DNA of 64,000 nucleotides from Deltaproteobacteria bacterium (GTDB lineage Bacteria; Desulfobacterota_D; UBA1144; Nemesobacterales; CSP1-2): NCBI GenBank assembly GCA_052390235.1, contig JBQTHB010000002.1, positions 320,001 to 384,000 of the forward strand, read 5' to 3'. Shown piece by piece: positions 18,870 to 28,409 of this stretch (position 1 is its first letter; each line of letters starts with the position of its first letter). The notes under the pieces were generated by a model. It saw only the letters and a program-made list of their open reading frames with translations, ran no database searches and was not told where the DNA came from. The position numbers and the translations under genes were made by a program.

Positions 18870-20620
18870 TGCCTACAGCTTATCAAGATTCAAAATCGGC
18901 AAAGTTGGCGGAGACAGGGCTTTCTGTCGCCTCGCAAATTGCATGGGTAGTACCCGGCTTAGAGCCTCTGGGGGCGATACTCGGCGCTATAGGCACAATA
19001 GTGGGCGCATCGGATGACTACGACGATGGCCAGCCCAGCAATCAAGACCTCAAAGACGCCATAGACGCGCTACAGGTGGAGATGGAAGCCGAGTGGTTCA
19101 ATAGCCATAAGAATGTCATCTCTGACCTGCGCGACCAGGTTATGGTTGCCGACGTGGCGAATATGACAAATTACGATGAAAATCCGAAGTTCCACTACGC
19201 CAGTGACGGCAAAAACGGCGGCACGGATATTCTAAAGCCCGGCGAAGATCTGCTAAGCGCCCTCACGGACAACAATAGCGATACCCTTCATGCCCTGCGC
19301 GCCCTGTCTAACTATCCCAGTGACAAGGGTCTGGCGGTCAGCAACCTGGGCGTATATATTTTGGGTAGAACTTATTTTCATCTCCAGATTGTGCATCGCC
19401 TGCAGATTTGCAAAGCGGTCTGGACTTATGACGGCTCTACGCACAAGCAGGACAGAGCTATAACCAGTTGGGAGGACTGCGACTACGGTCTGATGGAGCA
19501 ACTCGCCCTGAGCCTTGAGTCCGGTTTGGACTATGCCGAGCCGCTCCTTAAAACTCTCAAAAAGGCATTTCTTGAGCGCCCTCGAAAGGCGCGCGAGCAG
19601 ACACAAAATCTTATAAACAAGCTACAGGCGTTTCCCATTGCGTTTCGTCAGTTCACTGGGGACAACCACCTCGATAAAATCACCGAGGAAGAGGTTGACG
19701 CGCACCTCAAAACTGTCTTTGAATGGAGAAAAACCCTAGCGCTCAAATGCCGCAAACCATACAAAGACGAGAAATGGGTCGGGCAGACACCCCTGCAGTT
19801 CCTCTTTGAATCGGACGTCAACGGCGATACTGTCGGAGGGCTGGAGAATACCAAACTGCTCGACGGCAAAATTGCCGCGCAGTGCGCCGGAATCAACAGC
19901 GGTAACTTGGGAGGGCCGGGGACGTTTGCCTATTATCAGATTGACGATGCCGATCCCGAATTTAAACGAGCCCTCGCTGCTGCCGGACAGCTCGACGGTA
20001 TCAATCTGGCGATGCGCGAGAGCTATGACCGTATCTTCGGCAAAGGCCGCTGGCAGGCTGATAGAGATTTGCAATTGCCCGTTGAGCATTACGACACTAT
20101 GATTTCAATGATGGCCCTGCTTGAGCCTTCCGCCGGACACATAGGCTCTGATGTGCAGGCGCTTATCTATTCATTTGGGCCAAGACCCGAGTCCATGAAC
20201 ATTGCCCCCGCAGGCGATGGAACCCAACTGGGAGACAGGTTCTACCCCGCTGGCTGGGCGGGTATTGCCGACATTTATGAAAAGCTCTACTACGACGCAT
20301 TGCAGAAACTCGCCAATTGGAACAAGCGGGCGGCGGCTAAGGATTCGACAATAAAGCCGTTCTCGGCATTCAGAATCAAATTGCTCGCCTGCGGCAACGC
20401 CCCCGCGGATGACGCGGTTCTCGCTCAAGCCTGCGAGCGTATTTTGCGCGGTCTCCAGAACGCCGCAAAGGATTACCCCGATGCCGCAGACATTGTAATT
20501 ATCGTAGGAGGAGACCCCGCCCGACGCGCCATTACCGCCGCCGCCATCAAGGAATTCAGTGTAGAGGTTAATATGCGCGGTTTTCAGCTGCCAATACCAA
20601 ATCACGAAGAAAAAAAATAG
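18869..20620 (+). CDS. Hypothetical protein: hydrophobic-hairpin helical N-domain plus degenerate macrodomain
   Basis: TAATG coupling; N-terminal VVPGLEPLGAILGAIGTIVG; C-terminal half paralogous to the macrodomain of the next gene. Confidence 0.7.
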   Translation: MPTAYQDSKSAKLAETGLSVASQIAWVVPGLEPLGAILGAIGTIVGASDDYDDGQPSNQDLKDAIDALQVEMEAEWFNSHKNVISDLRDQVMVADVANMTNYDENPKFHYASDGKNGGTDILKPGEDLLSALTDNNSDTLHALRALSNYPSDKGLAVSNLGVYILGRTYFHLQIVHRLQICKAVWTYDGSTHKQDRAITSWEDCDYGLMEQLALSLESGLDYAEPLLKTLKKAFLERPRKAREQTQNLINKLQAFPIAFRQFTGDNHLDKITEEEVDAHLKTVFEWRKTLALKCRKPYKDEKWVGQTPLQFLFESDVNGDTVGGLENTKLLDGKIAAQCAGINSGNLGGPGTFAYYQIDDADPEFKRALAAAGQLDGINLAMRESYDRIFGKGRWQADRDLQLPVEHYDTMISMMALLEPSAGHIGSDVQALIYSFGPRPESMNIAPAGDGTQLGDRFYPAGWAGIADIYEKLYYDALQKLANWNKRAAAKDSTIKPFSAFRIKLLACGNAPADDAVLAQACERILRGLQNAAKDYPDAADIVIIVGGDPARRAITAAAIKEFSVEVNMRGFQLPIPNHEEKK

Positions 20621-20633
20621 GAGGAGCGTTTCG

Positions 20634-22787
20634 ATGCCAAAGCACGGTGAACATGAACACGAAGAAGACCCAAAGAAGTCCGAAAAACGCGGAAAGGATC
20701 GAGTAGGGCGGCGCGAGCCTTCGGAGGGGCGGGACCCGAATCATCCGAGCAAAGAAGACCCCAATAAAACCACAAAGATAGCAGGCGAGATAAACGACCC
20801 TGGCAATGACAATGACCCCCCAGCCGCCAATCCTATCACCGGAAATGGGGAATATCAGATAGTCTCTAAAGCTCTTCATCGGGATGGAGGAGTGGATCCG
20901 CAATTCGCCGCAGTGGCGCCGGTAAGAGGTTGCGTAGACGCCGCTCATATCTACGAGCAGACAGGTGATGTTCTGGATGCGGCCGGGAGGCTAGGCTTAG
21001 ATCCGCAATTCGTCGCAGGTAGCCAAGGCGTGTATGATGTGGTCAGTGGAGTGCTAAATGATCCCAATCTAGAAAATGACGACCAGAAACGACAGGCGCT
21101 GATAGATGCAGGTTATAGCCTTGCGACGGCGCCCATCAATCGGGAAGGTGTTTACTCGGACAATGGGTTTGTTGAGAGGGTCGCGCAGCAGGGCATTGAT
21201 GATGACGAGCCTAGAGACACCAATAAAAAGCCTAAGGATGACAAGCCTCAAAACCCCGTGAGAAATAGAAAAGATAGAGAAAAGGGGGCAGAGAGTTGTC
21301 TCAACGTTATACTTGACCACCCTAAACGTTTTACCCTTGGCGCGGCGCTTGTGGGATTGCTTATTACCGTCATCGCCACCATTTCAGCGCTGCTCTCGCC
21401 GAAAGATAAAAAATCAGATGATAAAAAAGATGATGATGAAACTAAAGACCCGCCGACTGTTGACCCGGCATGGCAGGTTTTGCTCGATAAGGACAAGAAA
21501 GGCGACTTAGTGGCAGAGGTACAGAAGTGTCTTACGGATCTGCAGAAACGCGACGAGGCGGCGTATTGGCAGTCGTTAATTAGCGAAGTTGAGGACGGCA
21601 CTCTGGAATGTTTGTCCCCGGAGGGCGCGGGCGCAAAAAAAACCTCGCGTATGCCTTACGAAATTCAACAGTTGGTTGTCGGATTTATGTTTGAATTGCA
21701 GAAAAAATCCGATGGACAGCAGAATATGTTTGAAGTTAAAGACGGCGAAACGAGAGAGGAAGCCGTCAACCGCGCGCGCGGCTCGGTGAAACCGCCTTTC
21801 CCTGTCAATAGGCCTTCCGAAGGCGCAGACCCCGACCCTGTCCCGATGTGGCAGGCAATAGCCGATATGAAGACCCTGAAGGGGAGCGATATGGGTCGCC
21901 GCAACAGGCTTCTCATCCTGCGCAGTATCCTAGCTTCCTATTTAGCGGATAAACCGGCGGCGACGACAGCCAATAATTCAATCAAGGGTGAAATGACTTT
22001 TCTATTCGAGACCTCGCCCTCAGGCGGCTGGATGCCCATTGCGGATAACTCTAAATTAGTCGAAGGCAATATCGCCACCCAGAACGCGGGAAGCATAAAC
22101 TCGGACATTTACTATCAAGTGGGCGGCGGAGGGCTTAATGGTATCCTTGCCGACGCGCTGACCGGACAGCTCGATGAAGTAAACTCCGTGCTGAAAAAGT
22201 CCTACGACAATATCTACGGCGCGGGCGAGTGGACTAAGGACTCCGCGCATCCGCGTAGCGACCGGCTAACCTCGATACTCGTCGAATTAGTCCCCGGAAA
22301 GGGCGATATAGCCTCCAAGGTAAGCGGGATGATGTACTCTGTCGGACCCATTCTAGGTAAGCAGGGGATTACCGACGAGCCGCAGTACAGGGAAATTTAT
22401 GCTGACGCCCTGTTTGCTCTAGCGGCGTGGAACGAGGAATCCGACACCGCAAAAGGCGATTTTCCCATCGGCGCGCTACGCATTACAATGCTGTCCTGCG
22501 GTATTTACGGCGCTGTGGTGTCCGACGTGAACGCGCTGGGGATTACATCGGCGAGGTGTATCATACAGGGACTGTGCGCCGCCGCATTAGACCCCGCCTG
22601 CCTAGCCGCCGCGAAAACCGTTATTTTAGTTAACGTGAATGATAAAGACATCGTGAAAGGAGACCATCGCCCATTTAAAGAGCGCTGGGCTTTCACTCAA
22701 GCCGCGGAGCAACTAGGGGCGACAGTAACAGCTAAGGGATTCACCGTTGACCCCTCGAAAGTCTCTGGGAAGTCGGCAGGGGGGTAG
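20634..22787 (+). CDS. Membrane-anchored macrodomain protein
   Basis: AGGAGG RBS; charged disordered N-terminus, one TM helix, C-terminal QNAGS..GGGGLN..YSVGP..LRITMLSCGIYG. Confidence 0.75.
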   Translation: MPKHGEHEHEEDPKKSEKRGKDRVGRREPSEGRDPNHPSKEDPNKTTKIAGEINDPGNDNDPPAANPITGNGEYQIVSKALHRDGGVDPQFAAVAPVRGCVDAAHIYEQTGDVLDAAGRLGLDPQFVAGSQGVYDVVSGVLNDPNLENDDQKRQALIDAGYSLATAPINREGVYSDNGFVERVAQQGIDDDEPRDTNKKPKDDKPQNPVRNRKDREKGAESCLNVILDHPKRFTLGAALVGLLITVIATISALLSPKDKKSDDKKDDDETKDPPTVDPAWQVLLDKDKKGDLVAEVQKCLTDLQKRDEAAYWQSLISEVEDGTLECLSPEGAGAKKTSRMPYEIQQLVVGFMFELQKKSDGQQNMFEVKDGETREEAVNRARGSVKPPFPVNRPSEGADPDPVPMWQAIADMKTLKGSDMGRRNRLLILRSILASYLADKPAATTANNSIKGEMTFLFETSPSGGWMPIADNSKLVEGNIATQNAGSINSDIYYQVGGGGLNGILADALTGQLDEVNSVLKKSYDNIYGAGEWTKDSAHPRSDRLTSILVELVPGKGDIASKVSGMMYSVGPILGKQGITDEPQYREIYADALFALAAWNEESDTAKGDFPIGALRITMLSCGIYGAVVSDVNALGITSARCIIQGLCAAALDPACLAAAKTVILVNVNDKDIVKGDHRPFKERWAFTQAAEQLGATVTAKGFTVDPSKVSGKSAGG

Positions 22788-22819
22788 CTTATTCTCGGCG
22801 GCTCTAATTTGGGGGAATT

Positions 22820-23195
22820 TATCCCTCGACGTAGTGTAAAGTGAGCGGAGTCGAACTACTCAGGGTGAAGATGAGATGGATTCCCGCTCTGAAGACTGCG
22901 GGAATGACAAACGAGCTTCTGCCATTCCGAGTCCCATTCTTGTCATTCCGAGCGATAGCGAGAAATCCTGAATTAGATTCCTCATACAGAGCCTCATTCC
23001 TGTCATTCTCACGAAAGTGAGAATCCATAGTTCGACTCCGCTCAGGGTGAAGATGAAATGGATTCCCGCTCTGAAGACTGCGGGAATGACAAACGAGCTT
23101 CTGCCATTCCGAGTCCTATTCCCGTCATTCCAAACGCACAGAGAAATCTTATTGGGATTTATTGCCATTCGACTCATACTGAGCGGAGTCGAGGC
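22820..23195. repeat. Composite palindromic repeat (copy B 22858-23040 and partial tandem copy C 23031-23150)
   Basis: Same unit order as 7050-7230; GGATTCCCGCTCTGAAGACTGCGGGAATGAC occurs twice. Confidence 0.9.
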
Positions 23196-23206
23196 TGGGC
23201 GATAAA

Positions 23207-23851
23207 TTATATCGGCTTGGCAACCACAATCGCTCTTAGCTGTCCCCCGAAGGGCAGATGAAGCTCGGTTGTGCCAACGAGCGAGTACCTATCCGACTGG
23301 GGAGCGGCTTCGTCCCATTCCTCTCTTCCCCTCGCCCCTCTCATGAGAATTATCCGCCCTCCGCGGGCCAAGTACGGCGCGCTCAAATCGAGAAGCTCCC
23401 CGACGCTTCCCACGGCTCTTGAGACGACGTAGTTGAAATTTCCCCTCGGCAGTCCGTTATTTTCGTCCTCGGCGCGGCAGCGCAGGGCATGGGCTCCCTC
23501 AATTCCGAGCTTTCTTATCGCCTCTTTAAGAAAAAAACTCTTTTTCTCCACCGAGTCAATTAACGTAACGCGCAGGCGCGGCAGGGCGATTTTAAGCGCA
23601 AGCCCCGGAAACCCTCCTCCTGAACCAATGTCCAGCAGTCTTGAATCTGCGCCTATGAATGGGATTACCGTGAGCGAGTCTATGAAATGCAGGACGGCTA
23701 TCTCTATATCGTCTTCAATCGAGGTGAGATTAATGCGCTTGTTCCAGAATTTAAGCAGTTCCAGATAGGCGAGGAATTGCCCAATTTGGGTATCCCCTAG
23801 CTCAACCCCAAGCTCCCCCGCGCTTTCCCTTAAAATGTCCTCTACTCTCAA
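23207..23851 (-). CDS. rsmG: 16S rRNA m7G527 methyltransferase
   Basis: WNKRINLTS, HFIDSL, DIGSGGGFPG, SRAV. Confidence 0.95.
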   Translation of the reverse strand: MRVEDILRESAGELGVELGDTQIGQFLAYLELLKFWNKRINLTSIEDDIEIAVLHFIDSLTVIPFIGADSRLLDIGSGGGFPGLALKIALPRLRVTLIDSVEKKSFFLKEAIRKLGIEGAHALRCRAEDENNGLPRGNFNYVVSRAVGSVGELLDLSAPYLARGGRIILMRGARGREEWDEAAPQSDRYSLVGTTELHLPFGGQLRAIVVAKPI

Positions 23852-24744
23852 TTCGCTATCCTGAGTACAATGGGGTGTCCGGCGGTGATTTGTGGCACTC
23901 CTCTGTAGATTTTCACCCTGCCTATGACCTCGACCTCTCTGCCCTTGTAATACTCCTCAGGCGTGATACCGAAGTGCGCGAAATTATCCCAATCCCCTGA
24001 GAAGATGATAATGTCTGCCTCGCCCTCCAAGCTCAGTCTTATCACTTTCGGGGATTTCGTGGCGGCTGTGATTTTGCCCCTTATGACCGCTCTTTTATTC
24101 ACATAGCGCGCCGCCTCGGATGGGGTTATCGAGTAATTTGCGTTCTCCGCCGGATATTGATACGTCGCTGGATTTGCCCAAATTCCCTTTCCGACTCGCT
24201 TTGCCTCGGCTTCAGCCTCGTTCATCTCTCGCTCGTATTTATTGTTAGGCTTGATAACGAGAACTTTAGCCAGTCCCCTCTTAATTAATTCGCGGTTCAC
24301 GAAAACCCCGTCCGAATAGACGTAGGCGAGCATCCTGCCGTAGTGGTCGAATTTCTCTTTGTCGAATTCGAGAGTTACCCTTTTACCCTCGATGAGGGTT
24401 TTGGTGAGATTTTTCGCCTCCTGCGAGAATGGGTCTGCCGCTGACCCCGCTCTGCCGACCTCCGGCGTGTCAATGAGGAGAAATCTAAGAGTCGTATCCA
24501 CCCCCGCGAGCGCGACCGTATCCCCGTCTATAACCTCTGAAACTGTGTATTCGTCTCCCTCTATCGCCGTTGCAACCGAAGGGCTTTCGGCGGGCTTTTC
24601 CCCTCCTGAATCGCTCTGGGAATAGACTGTGAGAACAATCACGGCGATGGATAAAATGACCGATAAACCCTTGTGGCGCTTGAGAAATCCCGATTTTTGA
24701 AGCATTCTAAGCGCGTCAGCCGAACTTGACCCTCTGCGTCCCAT
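23848..24744 (-). CDS. Membrane-anchored thermonuclease (SNase) with C-terminal OB fold
   Basis: VIDGDT, IDTPE, DHYGRMLAYV, GKGIW. Confidence 0.88.
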   Translation of the reverse strand: MGRRGSSSADALRMLQKSGFLKRHKGLSVILSIAVIVLTVYSQSDSGGEKPAESPSVATAIEGDEYTVSEVIDGDTVALAGVDTTLRFLLIDTPEVGRAGSAADPFSQEAKNLTKTLIEGKRVTLEFDKEKFDHYGRMLAYVYSDGVFVNRELIKRGLAKVLVIKPNNKYEREMNEAEAEAKRVGKGIWANPATYQYPAENANYSITPSEAARYVNKRAVIRGKITAATKSPKVIRLSLEGEADIIIFSGDWDNFAHFGITPEEYYKGREVEVIGRVKIYRGVPQITAGHPIVLRIAN

Positions 24745-24781
24745 TTTGTGATACCCCTCAAATTTTGTATCAATTATACTA

Positions 24782-25984
24782 CTAACGCGCCTCAAATTCA
24801 TCTTCGCCCGCCCCCGCTCCAACTCTCCTCAGCAGAACGCTCGCGTAGCTCCCCGGGGGCAGCGTGAAAGAGAGGGATAATTTCATCCTCTGCGGGTAGA
24901 GTTCGTCGGCTTGGGGCTCAAAAATCTGCATCTCGCCTGGACGGGCGATGAGTTCTCTGCTGGCGGATTTGAAAAATGTGGCTTTAACCCCGCCGAGCTT
25001 AAACTGCGCTGGCGTTATTCCCTCGCGCTCTAAAATTGCCTCGGATACGGCTCTAATCTCTCCGTCAGCGACGGCAGATTTATGGTCTAGGAGTGGAATC
25101 TGCGCCCTGCCAAGCCGAGTTGCCTGCGCCTCGCTTAGTTTGCGGTAGAAAACCATCTCGCCGGCAAAGCACTTGAATCTAATGAAACTGTCCGCCCCTT
25201 CGAGGGTTTTCTCAATAAAATGAGCCGCCGTCTCGTTCCACAGATAGCTCTGATACGCCGCGAGATATAGATGAAGCATCCGCCGGGGAATCAAATTTAC
25301 CGCCCGCTCAAAATCGCGGGGGTATCGCTTGAGGTGAAGAAAAATCTCTCTATCAACGGGACTTGCGGCAGATTTCAGGCACGCGTCCCAATCGCCCCAA
25401 TTCTCGCGGATGGACTCGCGCTCTTCTCTCACCGCCGCCTTGTCTTCGCCGGAGGATGAGGCGAGTAGGATTTTCAGCGCGCCGCCGCAATCCCCCCGCA
25501 TGAGGGATTTGGCTATGAACCCCGCGCCTGCGCGCGCCGAGCCGAATCTCTGCTCGCCAAAATAATTGACGAATCCAAACTCCGCCGCCTCGCCTAGCAT
25601 CCCGGCGATTTCGGTGGTTTGCCGACTATCTAATAAATGTCTGAGGGTGATTTTGAATCTGTTGCCGAGTAGCCGGCTTGATGTGATGGGGTCGTCAGCC
25701 CTGCCAAGCGGGGTGAGGGTGAAATTTCTCTCGCGGATTTCCTGCAGTTTCCCGCCCCGAACGCTGAGGTACTGAGAGGTCAGGGCGTACTTATCCTTGA
25801 TGCCGGCAAAGCTAATGTCCCCGTCCCGAATCCTGTGCCGCCCGGCGAGGATACTCACAACATCAAGCGTAGAGAGGTTTCTCTTATCGAGCCTAAATAC
25901 CGCGAACCCTCCTGCCGCCTGTAACTCCGGCAGGGTTAAAATCTCGTCCACGATGAAATCCTCAGGGGTTGCCTTGACCTTCAT
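24782..25984 (-). CDS. truD: tRNA pseudouridine(13) synthase
   Basis: PEDFIVDE, AGIKDKYA, GNRFKI, NYFGEQRFG, FTLPPGSYA. Confidence 0.95.
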   Translation of the reverse strand: MKVKATPEDFIVDEILTLPELQAAGGFAVFRLDKRNLSTLDVVSILAGRHRIRDGDISFAGIKDKYALTSQYLSVRGGKLQEIRERNFTLTPLGRADDPITSSRLLGNRFKITLRHLLDSRQTTEIAGMLGEAAEFGFVNYFGEQRFGSARAGAGFIAKSLMRGDCGGALKILLASSSGEDKAAVREERESIRENWGDWDACLKSAASPVDREIFLHLKRYPRDFERAVNLIPRRMLHLYLAAYQSYLWNETAAHFIEKTLEGADSFIRFKCFAGEMVFYRKLSEAQATRLGRAQIPLLDHKSAVADGEIRAVSEAILEREGITPAQFKLGGVKATFFKSASRELIARPGEMQIFEPQADELYPQRMKLSLSFTLPPGSYASVLLRRVGAGAGEDEFEAR

Positions 25985-26783
25985 CGCCGCTCTCCTCGGT
26001 TTCGCTAACCTGAATCGAGACATTCGATTTCCTGGCGAACGTGAGAAACCCCGTATGGCTGACCATTCTCTCAAGGGGTCTCGTCTTGCCCGTGCGGGCT
26101 AGAATGACGCGGGCTAGGATTTCTTCGCTTTCGAGATAGACAAATCCGTGTTCGGCAAGGGACTCGGCGGTTTTTTCCACCTGATTGAACGTCGGCGAGA
26201 GGCTTGCAATCCTCCCTCCGCCCCTGAGGGCGCGGGCAGCGGCTGGCACTCCCTCCCACGGAGATGGCAGATCCAACACCGCAACGTCCACTTCGGTCTC
26301 GTCGAACCCGTCGGAAACCTCTCGGAGTTTAAATTCGACATATTCGCCGAAGCCTGCGTCCTCGATATTTTTCTTCGCGTTTAGGAGAAATTCCTCGCGC
26401 CTGTCGTAGGTATAAACCCTGCCCGTCGGGGCTACGGCGTTGGCAAGGGCTATCGTGAGCGAGCCTGAGCCAGAGCCGCACTCGACGACGCGCATACCGC
26501 TTCGGATTCCGGTTTTCATGAGGATTATCGCCGCGTCTTTGGGGTAGATTATCTGGGTTTTCCTGCGCACTTTCATCATGCGGTCTTCGAGGGTCGGCTC
26601 AAGCAGGATGAACGGCTTTCCCATCTGAGTCTCTACGGCATCGCCGAAATTTTTGCCCAGCGCGTCGCCAAGGCGGACGTTGCCAAGATGCGTGCCAAAG
26701 ACCTTATCCTCGCCCGCTTTTACGAGATAGGTTTTTCTGTCCGGGGAAAGAAGTAAAACGTAGTCGCCTGATTTTATCTCCAT
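25962..26783 (-). CDS. trmI: tRNA (adenine(58)-N1)-methyltransferase
   Basis: TQIIYPKD, ECGSGSG, LDLPSPW, HTGFL. Confidence 0.93.
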   Translation of the reverse strand: MEIKSGDYVLLLSPDRKTYLVKAGEDKVFGTHLGNVRLGDALGKNFGDAVETQMGKPFILLEPTLEDRMMKVRRKTQIIYPKDAAIILMKTGIRSGMRVVECGSGSGSLTIALANAVAPTGRVYTYDRREEFLLNAKKNIEDAGFGEYVEFKLREVSDGFDETEVDVAVLDLPSPWEGVPAAARALRGGGRIASLSPTFNQVEKTAESLAEHGFVYLESEEILARVILARTGKTRPLERMVSHTGFLTFARKSNVSIQVSETEESGDEGQGNP

Positions 26784-26921
26784 TGCGCTCGGAATGGTAA
26801 ACCACAAATCGGGATTAGACAAGCCTCGCCGACGCAATAGGGGCGGTGTGCCTTGTGCTATACTCATTGCCGGACGCGGGCAAAACGCGCGCTCCTAAAT
26901 ATATTAAGGAGGAATTGACGA

Positions 26922-27386
26922 ATGTCCGATATGCTTAAGGTCGGCGATGCAGCCCCCGAAATTCAAGCCCTAACATACGGGGGAGAGACGATAAAGCTCA
27001 GCGATTTTGCGAATAAAAAAATCGTAGCCCTCTACTTCTACCCCAAGGACAACACCCCCGGATGCACAAAGCAGGCCTGCTCCCTTCGCGACGGCTCTGA
27101 GTTGCTCGAATCCCTAGGGGTTCAGCCCATTGGCGTGAGTACAGACGGAGTGAAATCCCACGAGAGTTTTAGGGATAAATACTCGCTCAATTTTCCGCTT
27201 CTCAGCGATAGTGATAAGACTATTGTCGGGGCTTACGGCGCGCAAAGCGATTCTGGCTCTGCGCGCAGGGTTACATTTCTCATTGATAAATCCGGCATAA
27301 TTCGCCATATCTGGGAGAAGGTCAACGCCTCTGGCCACGCCGATGAGGTCGCATCGAAGGTCAAGGAGCTTGGCATAGCCCGATGA
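26922..27386 (+). CDS. bcp: Peroxiredoxin Bcp/PrxQ
   Basis: YFYPKDNTPGCTKQAC. Confidence 0.93.
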   Translation: MSDMLKVGDAAPEIQALTYGGETIKLSDFANKKIVALYFYPKDNTPGCTKQACSLRDGSELLESLGVQPIGVSTDGVKSHESFRDKYSLNFPLLSDSDKTIVGAYGAQSDSGSARRVTFLIDKSGIIRHIWEKVNASGHADEVASKVKELGIAR

Positions 27387-28138
27387 AAGGGATTTTCGTT
27401 ACTGGAACCGATACGGGCGTAGGGAAAACCGTTGCCTCGGCGGCCCTCGCGTGGACGCTTAAATGCGCGGGCAGGCGAGTCGCCCCGATGAAGCCCGCTC
27501 AGACGGGTATAGCTTCAGGGGACGCGCTCGATATTGAATTTATCCAAAGAGTTCTTGGCGCGGACTATCCGCTTAATCTCGTCTGCCCGTACAGGTTTGC
27601 TCACCCCTTAGCCCCGTCCGTAGCGGCGGCGCTGGAGGGGGCCCAAATTGATTTGGAGATAATAAAATCCGCCTATCATTCGCTTGCCTCAGCCTATGAC
27701 ACGGTAGTTGTCGAGGGCGCGGGCGGGCTTCTAGCGCCGCTATGGGGGGATTATCTGATGGCGGATTTGGCTTCGGATTTAAACCTGCCGCTCGTTATCG
27801 TTTCCCGTCCCGGTCTTGGGGCGCTCAATCACCTAAAGCTCACAGTGGAATCCGCCGAGGCTAGGGGGATTGCCGTTCTAGGCACGATAATAAACCGATT
27901 CCCTGCCGCCCCGTCTTGCGCCGAAATCACGAACCCGCGCCTCATGCAACGGATGACGGGAAGGCCTATTTTAGGGGCGCTGCCAGAGGACGGCGCAATC
28001 TCTGTGGAGAGGGGGAATATTGGAAACCTCAGGGACGCCGCCCCCGTATCATTAGTATCGCTCCTCGGAGGGAGTTTTGACGTTAATGAATTTCTCTCGG
28101 AGCTGGATTTGCGCCTTAGCGCTTTAACCTCACGATAA
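27383..28138 (+). CDS. bioD: Dethiobiotin synthase
   Basis: GTDTGVGKT, KPAQTG, VEGAGG. Confidence 0.95.
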   Translation: MKGIFVTGTDTGVGKTVASAALAWTLKCAGRRVAPMKPAQTGIASGDALDIEFIQRVLGADYPLNLVCPYRFAHPLAPSVAAALEGAQIDLEIIKSAYHSLASAYDTVVVEGAGGLLAPLWGDYLMADLASDLNLPLVIVSRPGLGALNHLKLTVESAEARGIAVLGTIINRFPAAPSCAEITNPRLMQRMTGRPILGALPEDGAISVERGNIGNLRDAAPVSLVSLLGGSFDVNEFLSELDLRLSALTSR

Positions 28139-28409
28139 TCTCATCTGACATCCCGCGCGCCGCCGGCATCCGCGCTCTAGGCCGCCTAAAATTAAAACCC
28201 CGCGAAATTCTCTTTATATTTCTCAGTATTAATTTTTCGTTGATTGCTAATTAATTTTCGATGTAGTATAATCCGAAAAGTTTTTAGTTCTTTGAAAACA
28301 ATTTGCGTTTTTCACTAGTGAATGCGTAATTTCAGATCGTGCCGCTCGGTTTAGCTCCGAGCCAGCGGGGGGTGAACTGTAATAATTTAAATTCCAGTGG
28401 AGGATTACG

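Noticed and set aside
18096..22787. Calling the operon Thoeris type II or DarTG
   Set aside because: No TIR (ThsB) or DarT ADP-ribosyltransferase motifs recognisable; only the macrodomain is shared
22820..23195. Possible CRISPR array
   Set aside because: Units are long composite hairpins without unique equal-length spacers; no cas genes in the window
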